From Hellea sp. (lineage in GTDB: Bacteria; Pseudomonadota; Alphaproteobacteria; Caulobacterales; Maricaulaceae), in assembly GCA_018645985.1 (NCBI GenBank), contig JABGVR010000180.1:1-53543 (forward strand): DNA of 53,543 bases. Reading direction: 5' to 3'. The notes beneath the pieces are model-generated. The model did no database searches. It saw only the letters and a program-made list of their open reading frames with translations, and had not been told where the DNA came from. The stretch's first letter is position 1; each line of letters begins with the position of its first letter. Of this stretch, positions 21,951-32,398 are shown in pieces. A program made the position numbers and the translations under genes.

Positions 21951-22865
21951 TTAATCCCAAAGAATTTTTTTTCCAATTTCTTCACGCACATCAATTCCTA
22001 GCTTATATCCTAGAGAAATAGCTTCATCTATGCCTAATATTTTTTGTTTGACTTCACGTGAAAACACTAAAGTCCCATCCTTAGAGATAACTTCTCCTCG
22101 GAAATTAAGAATTTTATCTTTATAATTTGCGAGAGCAGCAATTGGGGTTTTACACGAGCCATCAAGTGCTCTTAAAAAGGACCTCTCAGCTGCAATGGAA
22201 ATCTCTGTTTCATAGTGATTTAGTGATGCAATTATTTTCTTTGTTTGAGTGTCTAATTTGCGGATTTCTATACCTATTGCTCCCTGTGCTGGCGCAGATA
22301 ACATAATATCAGATTCTATAGTCTCTGTTATTAACCCTTGCTCCCCCAGGCGGTTTAAACCTGCCACAGCAAGGAAAGTTGCATCACAGTCTCCATTCTT
22401 TAGTTTATTGATACGTGTGCCCACATTACCTCGGAGCAATGAAAATTGAATGTCGGGCCGTATGGCACTTAACTGAGCTCGGCGACGTATTGAAGCTGTC
22501 CCAACGATAGCTTTATGTGGCAAATCAGTGAGCTTGGATACTTTATAAGATATGAATGCATCTCGAGGGTCTTCTCTTTTCAAGACGGCCTCTATGCTCA
22601 AGCCTTCTTGGCTAATTGTTGGAACGTCTTTCATTGAGTGTACAGCTAAGTCAATATCTCCGTTAATTAACGCCGCCTCTAACTCTTTTGTAAACAACCC
22701 CTTACCTCCAAAATCTTTTAGGTCTCCACTTATTTTATCGCCAGATGTTTTGAAAATTTTAATCCTAGACTCATGGCCCAGAAGGGTTTTGACTAAATTA
22801 GCCTGATAAAGAGCCAATGGAGAACCCCTTGTTCCTATAATAAGCTTACGTTGCATCCCGGCCAA
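21951..22865 (-). CDS. hemC: Hydroxymethylbilane synthase
   Basis: [34 protein letters not shown]. Confidence 0.97.
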   Translation of the reverse strand: MAGMQRKLIIGTRGSPLALYQANLVKTLLGHESRIKIFKTSGDKISGDLKDFGGKGLFTKELEAALINGDIDLAVHSMKDVPTISQEGLSIEAVLKREDPRDAFISYKVSKLTDLPHKAIVGTASIRRRAQLSAIRPDIQFSLLRGNVGTRINKLKNGDCDATFLAVAGLNRLGEQGLITETIESDIMLSAPAQGAIGIEIRKLDTQTKKIIASLNHYETEISIAAERSFLRALDGSCKTPIAALANYKDKILNFRGEVISKDGTLVFSREVKQKILGIDEAISLGYKLGIDVREEIGKKILWD

Positions 22866-22876
22866 ATACTCCCTAT

Positions 22877-24016
22877 GTGATATTTGTGACTCTAACGCCT
22901 TTAAAATACCCTGTCCAAGAGAAAGCGCTTATACTGGGCATAGAAAGTAGCTGTGATGAAACAGCTGCTTCTGTTGTGTTATGGGAAAAAGGCAAACCAA
23001 TAAAAATTCTATCCTCTATTATAGCAAGCCAAAATACTGAGCACGCTCCTTATGGCGGTGTTGTTCCAGAAATAGCAGCAAGAGCACATCTTCTAAAAAT
23101 TGAAGGTATAATAGAAAATGCAGTGCAAGAAGCTGATATAAATTACGTAGATTTAGATGCAATAGCAGCAACTGCTGGCCCGGGGCTTATCGGCGGAGTG
23201 ATTACGGGGCTCATGGCTGCCAAAGGTATTTCCATGTCTTTAAATATACCTTTGATAGCCGTAAATCACCTTGAGGGGCATGCGCTTTCTCCAAGTCTTT
23301 CTGAAGACTGTCCTTTTCCATATTTATTATTACTTGTTTCTGGAGGTCATACTCAACTGTTATCCGTAAAGGGACTTGGTAACTACAGAAGAATTGGAAG
23401 TACATTAGATGATGCTGCAGGTGAAGCATTCGATAAGACAGCAAAGGTTATGGGACTAGGTTTTCCTGGCGGCCCAAAAGTCGAGCATCTTGCAAAAAGT
23501 GGAGACTCTAAAGCTGTAGACTTACCCAGGCCATTAAAAGGCAAGAACCATGCTGATTTTTCATTTGCAGGATTAAAAACAGCAGTGTCCCGTGCATATA
23601 ATGCCTCGAACAAGACAGAGACTGCCAAAGCAAATATCGCAGCAAGCTTCCAAGAGGCAGTTTGTGATGTGCTAAATGATCGTTCCCGAAGGGCAATGAA
23701 ATTTTTCATTGATGATCCAGATGTTAATTCTAATAAAAAACACCACTTTGTGGTTGCGGGCGGGGTCGCAGCTAATACTAAGATAAGGGAGTCACTTGAA
23801 ACATTATGCGAGAGTGAGAATTTTAAATTTGTTGCACCTCCTCTAAAGTATTGTACAGATAATGCTGCCATGATTGCTTTAGCTGGGGCACAGCACTATG
23901 CCGTCGGTAATTTTGACAACATTTCAGTAAAAGCTAGACCTCGGTGGCCACTCGACATGATTGCAGCTACCCAAAAGCCCAAAAGTGGGTACGGTAAAAA
24001 GGGGCCGAAGTCATGA
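22877..24016 (+). CDS. tsaD: tRNA N6-threonylcarbamoyltransferase TsaD
   Basis: [33 protein letters not shown]. Confidence 0.97.
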   Translation: MIFVTLTPLKYPVQEKALILGIESSCDETAASVVLWEKGKPIKILSSIIASQNTEHAPYGGVVPEIAARAHLLKIEGIIENAVQEADINYVDLDAIAATAGPGLIGGVITGLMAAKGISMSLNIPLIAVNHLEGHALSPSLSEDCPFPYLLLLVSGGHTQLLSVKGLGNYRRIGSTLDDAAGEAFDKTAKVMGLGFPGGPKVEHLAKSGDSKAVDLPRPLKGKNHADFSFAGLKTAVSRAYNASNKTETAKANIAASFQEAVCDVLNDRSRRAMKFFIDDPDVNSNKKHHFVVAGGVAANTKIRESLETLCESENFKFVAPPLKYCTDNAAMIALAGAQHYAVGNFDNISVKARPRWPLDMIAATQKPKSGYGKKGPKS

Positions 24017-25023
24017 AAAAAAGAAATCAAAACTTCCAAAGAATAGGCGTTATTGGTGGAGGCGCATGGGGAACCGCACTTGCGCAAAGACTTGCCTTAG
24101 CAGGTCGCGATACTTTGCTTTGGGCTTATGAAGGCCAATGCGTGTCTGATATAAATAAAAAAAGACAAAATAGTCTATATTTGCCTGACATAAATTTACA
24201 TCACAACATATTTGCAACATCCGATATTAAAGATTTAGCAGACATGGATGCCATATTTTCTGTGGCTCCAGCCCAGCACACGAGAAATATTTTAGAGGAA
24301 TTTTCACCCTTCATTAAAGAGGGGTTACCGATAGTGCTCTGTTCTAAAGGCATAGAAATTTCTTCACATAGTTTCATGTCTCAAGTTCTTGATCAAGTAT
24401 CACCAAAGTCAATAGCAGCAGTTTTATCAGGCCCAAGCTTTGCTATTGATGTGGCTAGAGGCTTACCTACAGCGGTAACATTGGCTTGTGCGAATAAAAC
24501 TATTGGTCAGAAACTAGTTGAGGCAATAGGCGCCCCCACATTCAGGCCATATTTTTCTAAAGATGTGATCGGTGCAGAAGTAGGTGGAGCAGTTAAAAAC
24601 GTTCTCGCTATTGCTTGCGGTATAGTTATCGGAAAAGGCTTTGGAAAGTCAGCCCATGCAGCCGTTATTGCTCGTGGTTACGCTGAAATGACTCGGTTCG
24701 GCATTGCCCTTGGCTGTAAGCCCGAAACTTTAGGCGGTTTATGTGGTTTAGGAGATCTAGTCTTAACCTGCTCATCAGAACAGTCCCGAAATATGTCATG
24801 CGGCCTATCTCTGGGTAAAGGCATGACTTTAAACGAAATAATATCATCACGAAATTCTGTGACAGAGGGCGTTGCAACCGCTCCCGTTTTGGAGGCCATG
24901 GCAAAGAAACTTAGAATAGACATGCCAATATGCACGGCTATGTCTCAAATTCTTTCCGGAAAAATAAATGTTGATGAAGCCATAAAACAACTATTATCTC
25001 GTGAAATAACAACGGAGATCTAA
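24013..25023 (+). CDS. gpsA: NAD(P)H-dependent glycerol-3-phosphate dehydrogenase
   Basis: [35 protein letters not shown]. Confidence 0.97.
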   Translation: MKKRNQNFQRIGVIGGGAWGTALAQRLALAGRDTLLWAYEGQCVSDINKKRQNSLYLPDINLHHNIFATSDIKDLADMDAIFSVAPAQHTRNILEEFSPFIKEGLPIVLCSKGIEISSHSFMSQVLDQVSPKSIAAVLSGPSFAIDVARGLPTAVTLACANKTIGQKLVEAIGAPTFRPYFSKDVIGAEVGGAVKNVLAIACGIVIGKGFGKSAHAAVIARGYAEMTRFGIALGCKPETLGGLCGLGDLVLTCSSEQSRNMSCGLSLGKGMTLNEIISSRNSVTEGVATAPVLEAMAKKLRIDMPICTAMSQILSGKINVDEAIKQLLSREITTEI

Positions 25024-25024
25024 A

Positions 25025-25306
25025 TTGGAATTTATTATTTATAGCGAGGACAAGCCTGATAGCTTGCACATCAGGCAGTCTGCGCGCAATGACCACTTAG
25101 CTTGGCTAAAAACTAAGAGTGAAGTCGAATTACTTATAGCCGGACCATGGATGGATGAAAATGAAATAATGAGAGGTAGTTTATTAATCGTAAAGGCTAA
25201 AAATAAAAATACAGTCACTCAATGGTTAAAAGGTGACCCATATGGATCGGCAGGACTAACAAATAAAGTTATAATAAAGCATTTTAATTGGGTTATCGGT
25301 AAATGA
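25025..25306 (+). CDS. YciI family protein
   Basis: DKP..L..R...R..HL, AGP, GSL, DPY. Confidence 0.9.
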   Translation: MEFIIYSEDKPDSLHIRQSARNDHLAWLKTKSEVELLIAGPWMDENEIMRGSLLIVKAKNKNTVTQWLKGDPYGSAGLTNKVIIKHFNWVIGK

Positions 25307-25453
25307 CTATTCTTAATTTATTTTCAGTCTTGCTATTGTTTCACGCAGGGTTTTATTAAAAGTTGTACAGGTTAGTCTCATAGCTCTTGATAGATAACTA
25401 ATCTTCCTTACATATAAACTAAATTATTCGACAGCCTTAAGAGGACAGCAACT

Positions 25454-26860
25454 ATGCCTAAAAAACTATTGGTAACTACATTGTTAATAGGGTGCCTAAT
25501 TTCACAAGAGGGGCATTCACAAGCACTTCTCAACTCAGGTTCAGCAATGAGTTTAGATAGTGAAAGAGGGGTATTAAGCATGGCGCCACTTCTCGATAGA
25601 ATCACTCCTGCAGTCGTATCAATTAATGTCAGAAGCACAGCTAAAGCTCCCAAACTATCGAATAGGAACGAAGAACTTCTCGAACGTTTCTTTGGCGGAC
25701 GCATGCCGAATGAGCCAAGAGAAAAAAGTGGCCTAGGCTCTGGCGTTATAGTAAATGCTGCTGATGGGCTTATTATCACTAACGCGCATGTAATTGAGGA
25801 TGCAGATGAAATAATCGTGACGCTTAAAGATAAAAGGCAATTGGAAGCTAAAATAGTCGGAACAGATAAAAAGACAGACATAGCATTGATTAAAGTATCG
25901 GCCAAAAAACTAGCTGAATTACAAATAGCTAAAGCAAGTGAAGTAAGGGTAGGTGATTATGTGATCGCAGTGGGAAATCCATTTGGCTTATCGCATTCTG
26001 TAACATCGGGTATTGTATCTGCACTTGGCCGTGATAACGGGAGTGGTGATGGGTATCAGGATTTTATTCAGACTGATGCATCAATAAATCCAGGAAATTC
26101 AGGTGGAGCATTAGTAAACTCAAAAGGTGAACTAATAGGAATAAACTCTGCTATAATATCAAGATCAGGTGGCAACCAAGGTATCGGGTTCGCTGTACCC
26201 ACAAATATAGTTCAAGCTGTTATGCGTCAGTTGATTTCCTATGGAGAGGTACGCCGGGGTAGAATTGGTGTGCTGATAGGAGATATAACACCTACGCTCA
26301 AAGAGGCTTTAGACCTTACAACGCTCGATGGCGCCTTAGTAAGCCAAGTGGTGGAAGACAGCCCTGCAGAAAAAGCAGGTCTAAAGCGCGATGATGTAAT
26401 TATTTCTTTTAATGGAGGAGCAATAAAAGATGCGTCAGACATTAGAAATGCAGTTGGTCTCGTTGAACCAGGAGAAAGGTACACCATTACCTATTTGCGA
26501 GAAGGAAGAAAAATAAAACGCAGAATAGAAGTCGAGGCCGTTGACGAAAATGATGAACAGTCAGATAGCCTAGCCATGAATAATGGTCCTGAAACGAAAA
26601 ACTTCTCAGGAGCAACTCTTGCAAATATTCCAGCAGATTTAAACCTCAGAGGCGGTAGCGAAGGAGTCTATGTTTCAGAAGTAGAAATAAGCTCAAAAGC
26701 TCAAAGAGCTGGACTTGTCAAAGGAGACGTTATTCGTTCGGTAAACCGGAGAGACGTGCAAAACCTTGAAAGCTTCAATAAACTTACAAAAGGTGAAGAT
26801 GGACCATTCGCACTATCAGTAGAACGTAATGGAAGTACATTTTACGTAGCTATTAAATAA
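25454..26860 (+). CDS. DegP/DegQ (Do family) periplasmic serine protease
   Basis: TNAHV, DIA, INPGNSGG triad motifs; two PDZ domains. Confidence 0.95.
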   Translation: MPKKLLVTTLLIGCLISQEGHSQALLNSGSAMSLDSERGVLSMAPLLDRITPAVVSINVRSTAKAPKLSNRNEELLERFFGGRMPNEPREKSGLGSGVIVNAADGLIITNAHVIEDADEIIVTLKDKRQLEAKIVGTDKKTDIALIKVSAKKLAELQIAKASEVRVGDYVIAVGNPFGLSHSVTSGIVSALGRDNGSGDGYQDFIQTDASINPGNSGGALVNSKGELIGINSAIISRSGGNQGIGFAVPTNIVQAVMRQLISYGEVRRGRIGVLIGDITPTLKEALDLTTLDGALVSQVVEDSPAEKAGLKRDDVIISFNGGAIKDASDIRNAVGLVEPGERYTITYLREGRKIKRRIEVEAVDENDEQSDSLAMNNGPETKNFSGATLANIPADLNLRGGSEGVYVSEVEISSKAQRAGLVKGDVIRSVNRRDVQNLESFNKLTKGEDGPFALSVERNGSTFYVAIK

Positions 26861-26871
26861 TAAATGCGCAT

Positions 26872-26921
26872 GTTAATTTGAGTTTAAAGCCTCATATGGT
26901 GCTTTATTAAGGTTTCATTAA
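26872..26921. promoter_or_regulatory. Two tandem putative CtrA boxes
   Basis: GTTAA-tttgagt-TTAA (26872-26887) and TTAA-ggtttca-TTAA (26907-26921), both with N7 spacing. Confidence 0.5.
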
Positions 26922-26982
26922 ATGATGCTAATGTGAACATTTTTTAGTAATTCTTCTCAAAATTTTATGCTATAGTATTGGA

Positions 26983-27519
26983 GTGGAATACAGTATGAAA
27001 AATTATTTGAAAATTACATTCCTTTATGGAAGTTTATTATTTGCAGCCAGCAGCGCGACTGTAGCTATCGCAAATGAAATCGAAAATAATAAAGTTATTA
27101 CCTCTGATCAGTTTTTTTTAAATGCCCATAAAATATTTTCTTCAGCTGACACAGATCTCGACCTCAAACTATCAAAAGCAGAATTAATGAATTTCCGTCG
27201 TAAAAAAAATATCGAGCGAGCAGAAAGGGATTTCAATAAAATTGATGAAGATAAGAATGGGGTATTAAGTATTGATGAATGGAAATCGCAAGCTATTGAC
27301 TTTAATCTCAGAAGAAATTCTCTTCAAAGATCAAATTTTAAAACCTCAGAAAATCGTCCCACAGCACTTGGGCGTGATTTAAATTCCGATGGTTTTATTT
27401 CCCTTGAAGAACATAATATATCCACAAGATCTAATTTTTTAAAAATGGATACTAATAGTGATGGGGTGTTAACAAGTCATGACCGCTTTAGACATAACCC
27501 CCGTAATAAACTTAAATAA
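26983..27519 (+). CDS. Exported EF-hand calcium-binding protein; likely start 26995
   Basis: Signal peptide; DTDLDLKLSKAE, DEDKNGVLSIDE, DLNSDGFISLEE, DTNSDGVLT. Confidence 0.85.
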   Translation: MEYSMKNYLKITFLYGSLLFAASSATVAIANEIENNKVITSDQFFLNAHKIFSSADTDLDLKLSKAELMNFRRKKNIERAERDFNKIDEDKNGVLSIDEWKSQAIDFNLRRNSLQRSNFKTSENRPTALGRDLNSDGFISLEEHNISTRSNFLKMDTNSDGVLTSHDRFRHNPRNKLK

Positions 27520-27668
27520 GTACTTTGATCAGTCAAACTCAGTAGCTCACGAACTGCTGAACCTAGCACTCAAAATAACAAATAAAAAACTGGATTCCCA
27601 AAAGCATTAATTTCCGTTAACTATATTACTAGCTTGGGGTTTTTGATTCGCAAGGAAGGGAATATATT

Positions 27669-28364
27669 ATGCGTGTTCTGCTAATTGAGGATGATAGTGC
27701 TACAGCACAAGTTATAGAATTAATGCTAAAGTCAGAAGGGTTTAACGTATATACTACGGACCTAGGAGAAGAGGGCGTGGACCTAGGTAAGCTCTATGAT
27801 TATGATATAATATTATTAGACTTGAACTTACCAGATATGCCAGGTTTTGATGTCCTTAAAACCTTAAGATTGGCAAAAATTAATACCCCTATCTTTATAT
27901 TATCTGGAACCAGCGATATTGAATCTAAAGTGAGAGGTCTTGGCACTGGGGCTGACGATTTCATGACAAAGCCGTTCCACAAAGATGAATTGGTAGCACG
28001 TATTCATGCAGTAGTAAGAAGATCTAAAGGGCACAGTCAATCAACTATTACAACTGGTGAAATTAAAGTTAATCTTGATGCTAAAACAGTAGAAGTAGGG
28101 GATCAAAGAGTTCATCTCACAGGTAAAGAATATCAGATGCTTGAGCTTTTATCTTTACGTAAAGGAACTACTCTCACGAAAGAAATGTTTCTCAACCACC
28201 TTTATGGCGGTATGGATGAACCAGAATTAAAAATAATTGACGTATTCATATGCAAATTAAGAAAAAAAATTGTTGCAGTTTCAAAGGGAGAACATCACAT
28301 AGAAACTGTATGGGGAAGAGGTTATGTTCTTAGAGATCCCGCCAAAGATAAAGTTTCAGTTTAA
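27669..28364 (+). CDS. ctrA: Cell cycle response regulator CtrA
   Basis: [14 protein letters not shown]..., [49 protein letters not shown]. Confidence 0.98.
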   Translation: MRVLLIEDDSATAQVIELMLKSEGFNVYTTDLGEEGVDLGKLYDYDIILLDLNLPDMPGFDVLKTLRLAKINTPIFILSGTSDIESKVRGLGTGADDFMTKPFHKDELVARIHAVVRRSKGHSQSTITTGEIKVNLDAKTVEVGDQRVHLTGKEYQMLELLSLRKGTTLTKEMFLNHLYGGMDEPELKIIDVFICKLRKKIVAVSKGEHHIETVWGRGYVLRDPAKDKVSV

Positions 28365-28654
28365 AGCGTTTTACGATTTTTCATAGCTTTCAGTTGCTCT
28401 TCCGTAGCAGGTTTTTGGTACATCTCTTTCCAGTCTTCATAAGGAATCCCATAGATTCTTTTCCTAGCTTCAGCATCAGAAATTTCTACTCCGTTTTTCT
28501 CAGCACCTTTTTTATACCATTTTCCCAAGCAATTTCTGCAAAAATTAGCCAAGATCATTAAATCGATATTTTGTACGTCCTTTCGTGCGTCTAGATGTGA
28601 GAGTAACTCTCGAAATGCGGCAGCATCCAATTTGTCTTTTAATTCATTGTTCAT
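28361..28654 (-). CDS. DUF1244 family protein
   Basis: [25 protein letters not shown]. Confidence 0.9.
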   Translation of the reverse strand: MNNELKDKLDAAAFRELLSHLDARKDVQNIDLMILANFCRNCLGKWYKKGAEKNGVEISDAEARKRIYGIPYEDWKEMYQKPATEEQLKAMKNRKTL

Positions 28655-28657
28655 TTT

Positions 28658-29668
28658 CTATCGACTTCCTCTATTACGTTTTCCGCGTAATCCCTTAGCG
28701 CCCTCTTTAGCTGGGGGGCTTGCGAGAGTTCCTAGTTTCTCAATCACTTGCTCCATCGACGGTCTATTCGATGCAACGTGATTATCTATTGCACTACGCA
28801 TATGCGATATATGTTCAGGTGCGGTACCACAACACCCGCCTATAATTTTAGCACCTGCATTTATTGCTAGACTTGTATATTCTGCCATTAACTCAGGTGT
28901 TCCTGAATAAATAGTTTCTTTTCCTTTAACTACAGGTATTCCACAATTTGCTTTTCCTATAATAGCCGCTTCTAGTATCTCTGATGTCATTTCAAGAATT
29001 GATAATACCATATCGGATGCACCAACCCCACAATTGGCTCCATAAGCGAGGGGCGATATTGTTAAATGGGCTGTAGCTTCATGTATTTTAGAAGGTTTTA
29101 TTCCCATCATTGTGCGTCCAGCTGTATCAAAGCTGGCAGTGAAGACATAGGGAATTCCAACTTTAATAGCCGCTCTCGCAGCTGCTTCTATTTCTTCGAT
29201 AGAGGACATTGTTTCAATCCAAGCCAAGTCTGCACCGCCATCTTTAAGTCCTTGAATTTGTTCTTCAAAATAACCTATGCAATCTTTCATGGTTAAATCA
29301 CCCATGGGCTCAAAAAGCTCACCTGTTGGACCTACTGAACCCCCTACTACTATTTCTCTTTCTGAATTTTCAGCGACCCGTCCTGCAATTTTTGCTCCAG
29401 CTTTATTTATTGCGTAAGTTTCACTTTCAGCATTGTGTAATTTTAATCGAGGTCTGTTCGCTCCAAAAGTATTTGTTAATATTATATCTGAGCCTGCATC
29501 CGCAAAGGACCTGTGCAAGGAAGAAGGTTTTTCTGGGTGCGATACGTTCCATAAGTCAGGTGGAAATCCTGGCTCAAGACCCATTGACATAAAACTTGTT
29601 CCTGTAGCACCGTCAGCTAGTAAAGGAATATTTTTCTTAAGTAGTTTTTCTAGTGAACTACGCATCAC
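28658..29668 (-). CDS. bmt: Stand-alone homocysteine S-methyltransferase domain (Bmt-like)
   Basis: LADGATGT, GSDIILTNTFG, GANCG, IGGCCGT; no pterin or B12 domains. Confidence 0.85.
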   Translation of the reverse strand: MMRSSLEKLLKKNIPLLADGATGTSFMSMGLEPGFPPDLWNVSHPEKPSSLHRSFADAGSDIILTNTFGANRPRLKLHNAESETYAINKAGAKIAGRVAENSEREIVVGGSVGPTGELFEPMGDLTMKDCIGYFEEQIQGLKDGGADLAWIETMSSIEEIEAAARAAIKVGIPYVFTASFDTAGRTMMGIKPSKIHEATAHLTISPLAYGANCGVGASDMVLSILEMTSEILEAAIIGKANCGIPVVKGKETIYSGTPELMAEYTSLAINAGAKIIGGCCGTAPEHISHMRSAIDNHVASNRPSMEQVIEKLGTLASPPAKEGAKGLRGKRNRGSR

Positions 29669-30077
29669 GGTAGCGCGTTATGCGCACACCTACGGCTTCG
29701 GCTTCGGCGAAAGCACTTAACTTAGAAACTGAAACGGTTGCTTGCTCTGCTCGGTCATAAAGCAAACATATTTCTGCGACAGATTCAGCCAATGTTTCAA
29801 CAAGGTCAATATGACCTTTTGATAGTAACTTTTTCACATCTTCAACTATGTAATCATAGCGCAATATGTTCTGAGTCGGGTCAGTAATTGTATTTTCAAG
29901 AAACCCTAGATCAACACTTATATCAAATCTAACAGGCTGCTCAATTCCGCGCTCACTTTCAAAAACACCTATCTGGGCTTGTAGCACAAGGCCTTCAATA
30001 AAAACTTGATCGTTAATAGCACTCTTTGCAGGCTTTAGATTTGTATGACTCGTATTTTCATAGACTTTAAGCATCAA
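29658..30077 (-). CDS. folB: Dihydroneopterin aldolase
   Basis: IGV..SE....Q.V.FD, Y..I, LVETLAE.VA, V.V.K. Confidence 0.85.
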   Translation of the reverse strand: MMLKVYENTSHTNLKPAKSAINDQVFIEGLVLQAQIGVFESERGIEQPVRFDISVDLGFLENTITDPTQNILRYDYIVEDVKKLLSKGHIDLVETLAESVAEICLLYDRAEQATVSVSKLSAFAEAEAVGVRITRYRDA

Positions 30078-30252
30078 AACTTCCTTAAAAACTAAAAATT
30101 TATCTGAGCCTTATTACTGCAATTATCAAGCTTAATTTTAATGAAATAATAAAGAATTATTAGATTTAATATATTAATTTTCAAAAATTTTAATAGTATC
30201 GCTACATAGCAACATATACTTGCCTACCCATATATTATGTTCTAAGTGCAAT

Positions 30253-30409
30253 TTTATTGGTCGCCTTGTGCGTTAATAAGGGAATGGAGTTTAAAGCTTC
30301 AACTGCACCCGCAGCTGTAATTGGTAAGTTTCTCTTACATATGTCACTGATTTTTCGGGAAGACGTAAGAGCAGCATTTGAACCAAAAGTCAGAAGACCT
30401 GCCAATAAA
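30253..30409 (+). promoter_or_regulatory. Cobalamin riboswitch
   Basis: P1 TTTATTGG/CCAATAAA; AAGGGAA, CCCGCAGCTGTAA, GTCACTG, GGGAAG, B12 box AGTCAGAAGACCTGCC; upstream of btuB. Confidence 0.93.
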
Positions 30410-30528
30410 GTCGCCAGCGCACGCGGGCGGGGATGACCGATGTGCATGGAAAAAAGGTAATAATACCTTTCCCAATGACGACACTTTTATATTTAAAATC
30501 GCTATTTTAGCGAAATTGGAGTCGTGTA

Positions 30529-32388
30529 ATGAAAAAATATCTGCTGAGCAGTGCCATGATCTTTTTATCTAGCAATGCATTTGGTCAAAATGGGCAAGAT
30601 TTAAATAAAAATAATGAAGATATAATTGTCTTGGGAACAAGACTAGGAAACATAGATAAAAATAATCTCACCTCACCTGCAATAATTATCACTGAAACCG
30701 AAATAATTAATCGAGGGCAACAGTATGTCTCAGATTTGCTGAGAACTATACCAGGAGTTGCTGTTAACTCCTCAGGACCACAAGGCAGCTTAACGCAAGT
30801 AAGAGTGAGGGGCTCTGAAGCAAACCATGTCTTAGTATTAATTGACGGCGTAGAAATGAATAATCCCACTACAGGCGAATTTGATTTTGCAGGTCTACGC
30901 GCGTCCGATGTCATACGAATAGAAATCTTAAAAGGAGAGCAATCAGCCTTATACGGTTCGGATGCAATAGGAGGTGTTATAAACATAAACACACGAGCAA
31001 ATTCAGTAACCAAAAGTGTTCAGGGCTCTATCAGTGGTGGTAATGAGGAAAGCTATCAAGGTAATCTCAATGCAATAATTCCGGTTGGCTCGGCCTCCTT
31101 ATCATTGAACGGAACAGCATTTAAGTCCCAAGGCTATGATATATCTGGGCTCAACGGCGAAAAAGATGGCTCAAAAGGTAGCAATGTAACCCTCGGTTTA
31201 AATAACGTAAATTTTGCAGGTATATCTTTGAGTGCCAAATTCGGATTTTCTGACATTACAGCTGATATAGACGAAGATACCGATTTCAATGGCCGGCTTG
31301 ATAACACAAATGGAGAAACAAACGTAAAAAGTGATACAGCAAGAATAGATGCTAAATTCGATTTAGCCGGTTTTTCTAATGCAATCACCTCACATATGGT
31401 TGCCACCGACACAAATACTCAAGCAGGGTTCTCAAGTCTTTCAAAAGGTGCAAGGCATGGAATAAACTGGGTTACAAAAAAAGTGATCGGAGGCAATACA
31501 ATATCATTCTTAACTGAAGCCGAGCACGAGTCTTATTCTATCTTACCAAATTTCACAGAAGCTGATGCTGAGCCTGAAATTTGGTCATATGCACTTGCTG
31601 GCGATTACGTTCATTCTTCTGGACCGATGACAATAACAGCTTCTGGCCGTCACGATATAAATGATTTTTTCAAAAATGTTACTACATGGAGGGTAGGAGC
31701 AGGCTATAAACTAGACGAAATAAATGGCAGATTCCGTGCGTCCATAGGTTCTGGTATAAAAAATCCTTCGTTAATCGAACTATTTGGTTTTTATCCAACT
31801 TCTGGTTTTTCTGGAAACGAAGACCTGAAGCCCGAAAACTCATTAGGTTTTAATATAGGCTACGAACATAAAATTGCCAATCTACAACTATCTATTGATT
31901 ATTTCAGATCAGAATTAAAGAATGAAATTTCTACAATATTTGCTCCTGACTTTACTTCCACTGTGATCAATTTAGGCTCTAAAAGCATTCGCCAGGGTAT
32001 TGAATTCGACGCTCAATGGGATATTTCAGAAAAATTAAAAGTTAAATCCTCCGCAACTTTTCAAAAAAGTAAGCAAAATGATTTAGAAGAAATTCGAAGG
32101 CCTAAGTTTACAGCTAGCACATCGATCACATATATACCCAACGATGACATACTAATTTCAACTTCGCTTGATCATAATGGCAGTCAGCTTGATACAGATT
32201 TTTCAACTTTTCAGAATGTAAAGCTTGATGCTTTCACATTAGTTGGAGTTAATGCTTCCTATAGAGTAAACGATAATTTCAAATTTACACTACGAGGTGA
32301 CAATTTACTCAATGAAGATTATCAAGAAGTCGTTGGTTATTTTTCTCAAGGACGAAAATTGTATGCCGGATTTCAAACAAGTTTTTAA
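30529..32388 (+). CDS. btuB: TonB-dependent cobalamin receptor
   Basis: Plug motifs IPGV, RG....H.LVLIDG, IEILKG.QSALYGSDAIGGVINI; C-terminal F; riboswitch upstream. Confidence 0.88.
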   Translation: MKKYLLSSAMIFLSSNAFGQNGQDLNKNNEDIIVLGTRLGNIDKNNLTSPAIIITETEIINRGQQYVSDLLRTIPGVAVNSSGPQGSLTQVRVRGSEANHVLVLIDGVEMNNPTTGEFDFAGLRASDVIRIEILKGEQSALYGSDAIGGVININTRANSVTKSVQGSISGGNEESYQGNLNAIIPVGSASLSLNGTAFKSQGYDISGLNGEKDGSKGSNVTLGLNNVNFAGISLSAKFGFSDITADIDEDTDFNGRLDNTNGETNVKSDTARIDAKFDLAGFSNAITSHMVATDTNTQAGFSSLSKGARHGINWVTKKVIGGNTISFLTEAEHESYSILPNFTEADAEPEIWSYALAGDYVHSSGPMTITASGRHDINDFFKNVTTWRVGAGYKLDEINGRFRASIGSGIKNPSLIELFGFYPTSGFSGNEDLKPENSLGFNIGYEHKIANLQLSIDYFRSELKNEISTIFAPDFTSTVINLGSKSIRQGIEFDAQWDISEKLKVKSSATFQKSKQNDLEEIRRPKFTASTSITYIPNDDILISTSLDHNGSQLDTDFSTFQNVKLDAFTLVGVNASYRVNDNFKFTLRGDNLLNEDYQEVVGYFSQGRKLYAGFQTSF

Positions 32389-32398
32389 TTATTAATAT

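Noticed and set aside
25408-25905. Long antisense ORFs (this one, 23383-23871, 30585-31013, 7548-7895 and similar)
   Set aside because: Shadow frames of well-supported genes on the opposite strand.
30235-30572. ORFs 30235-30447 and 30378-30572
   Set aside because: They overlap the cobalamin riboswitch and the btuB leader, with no protein features.
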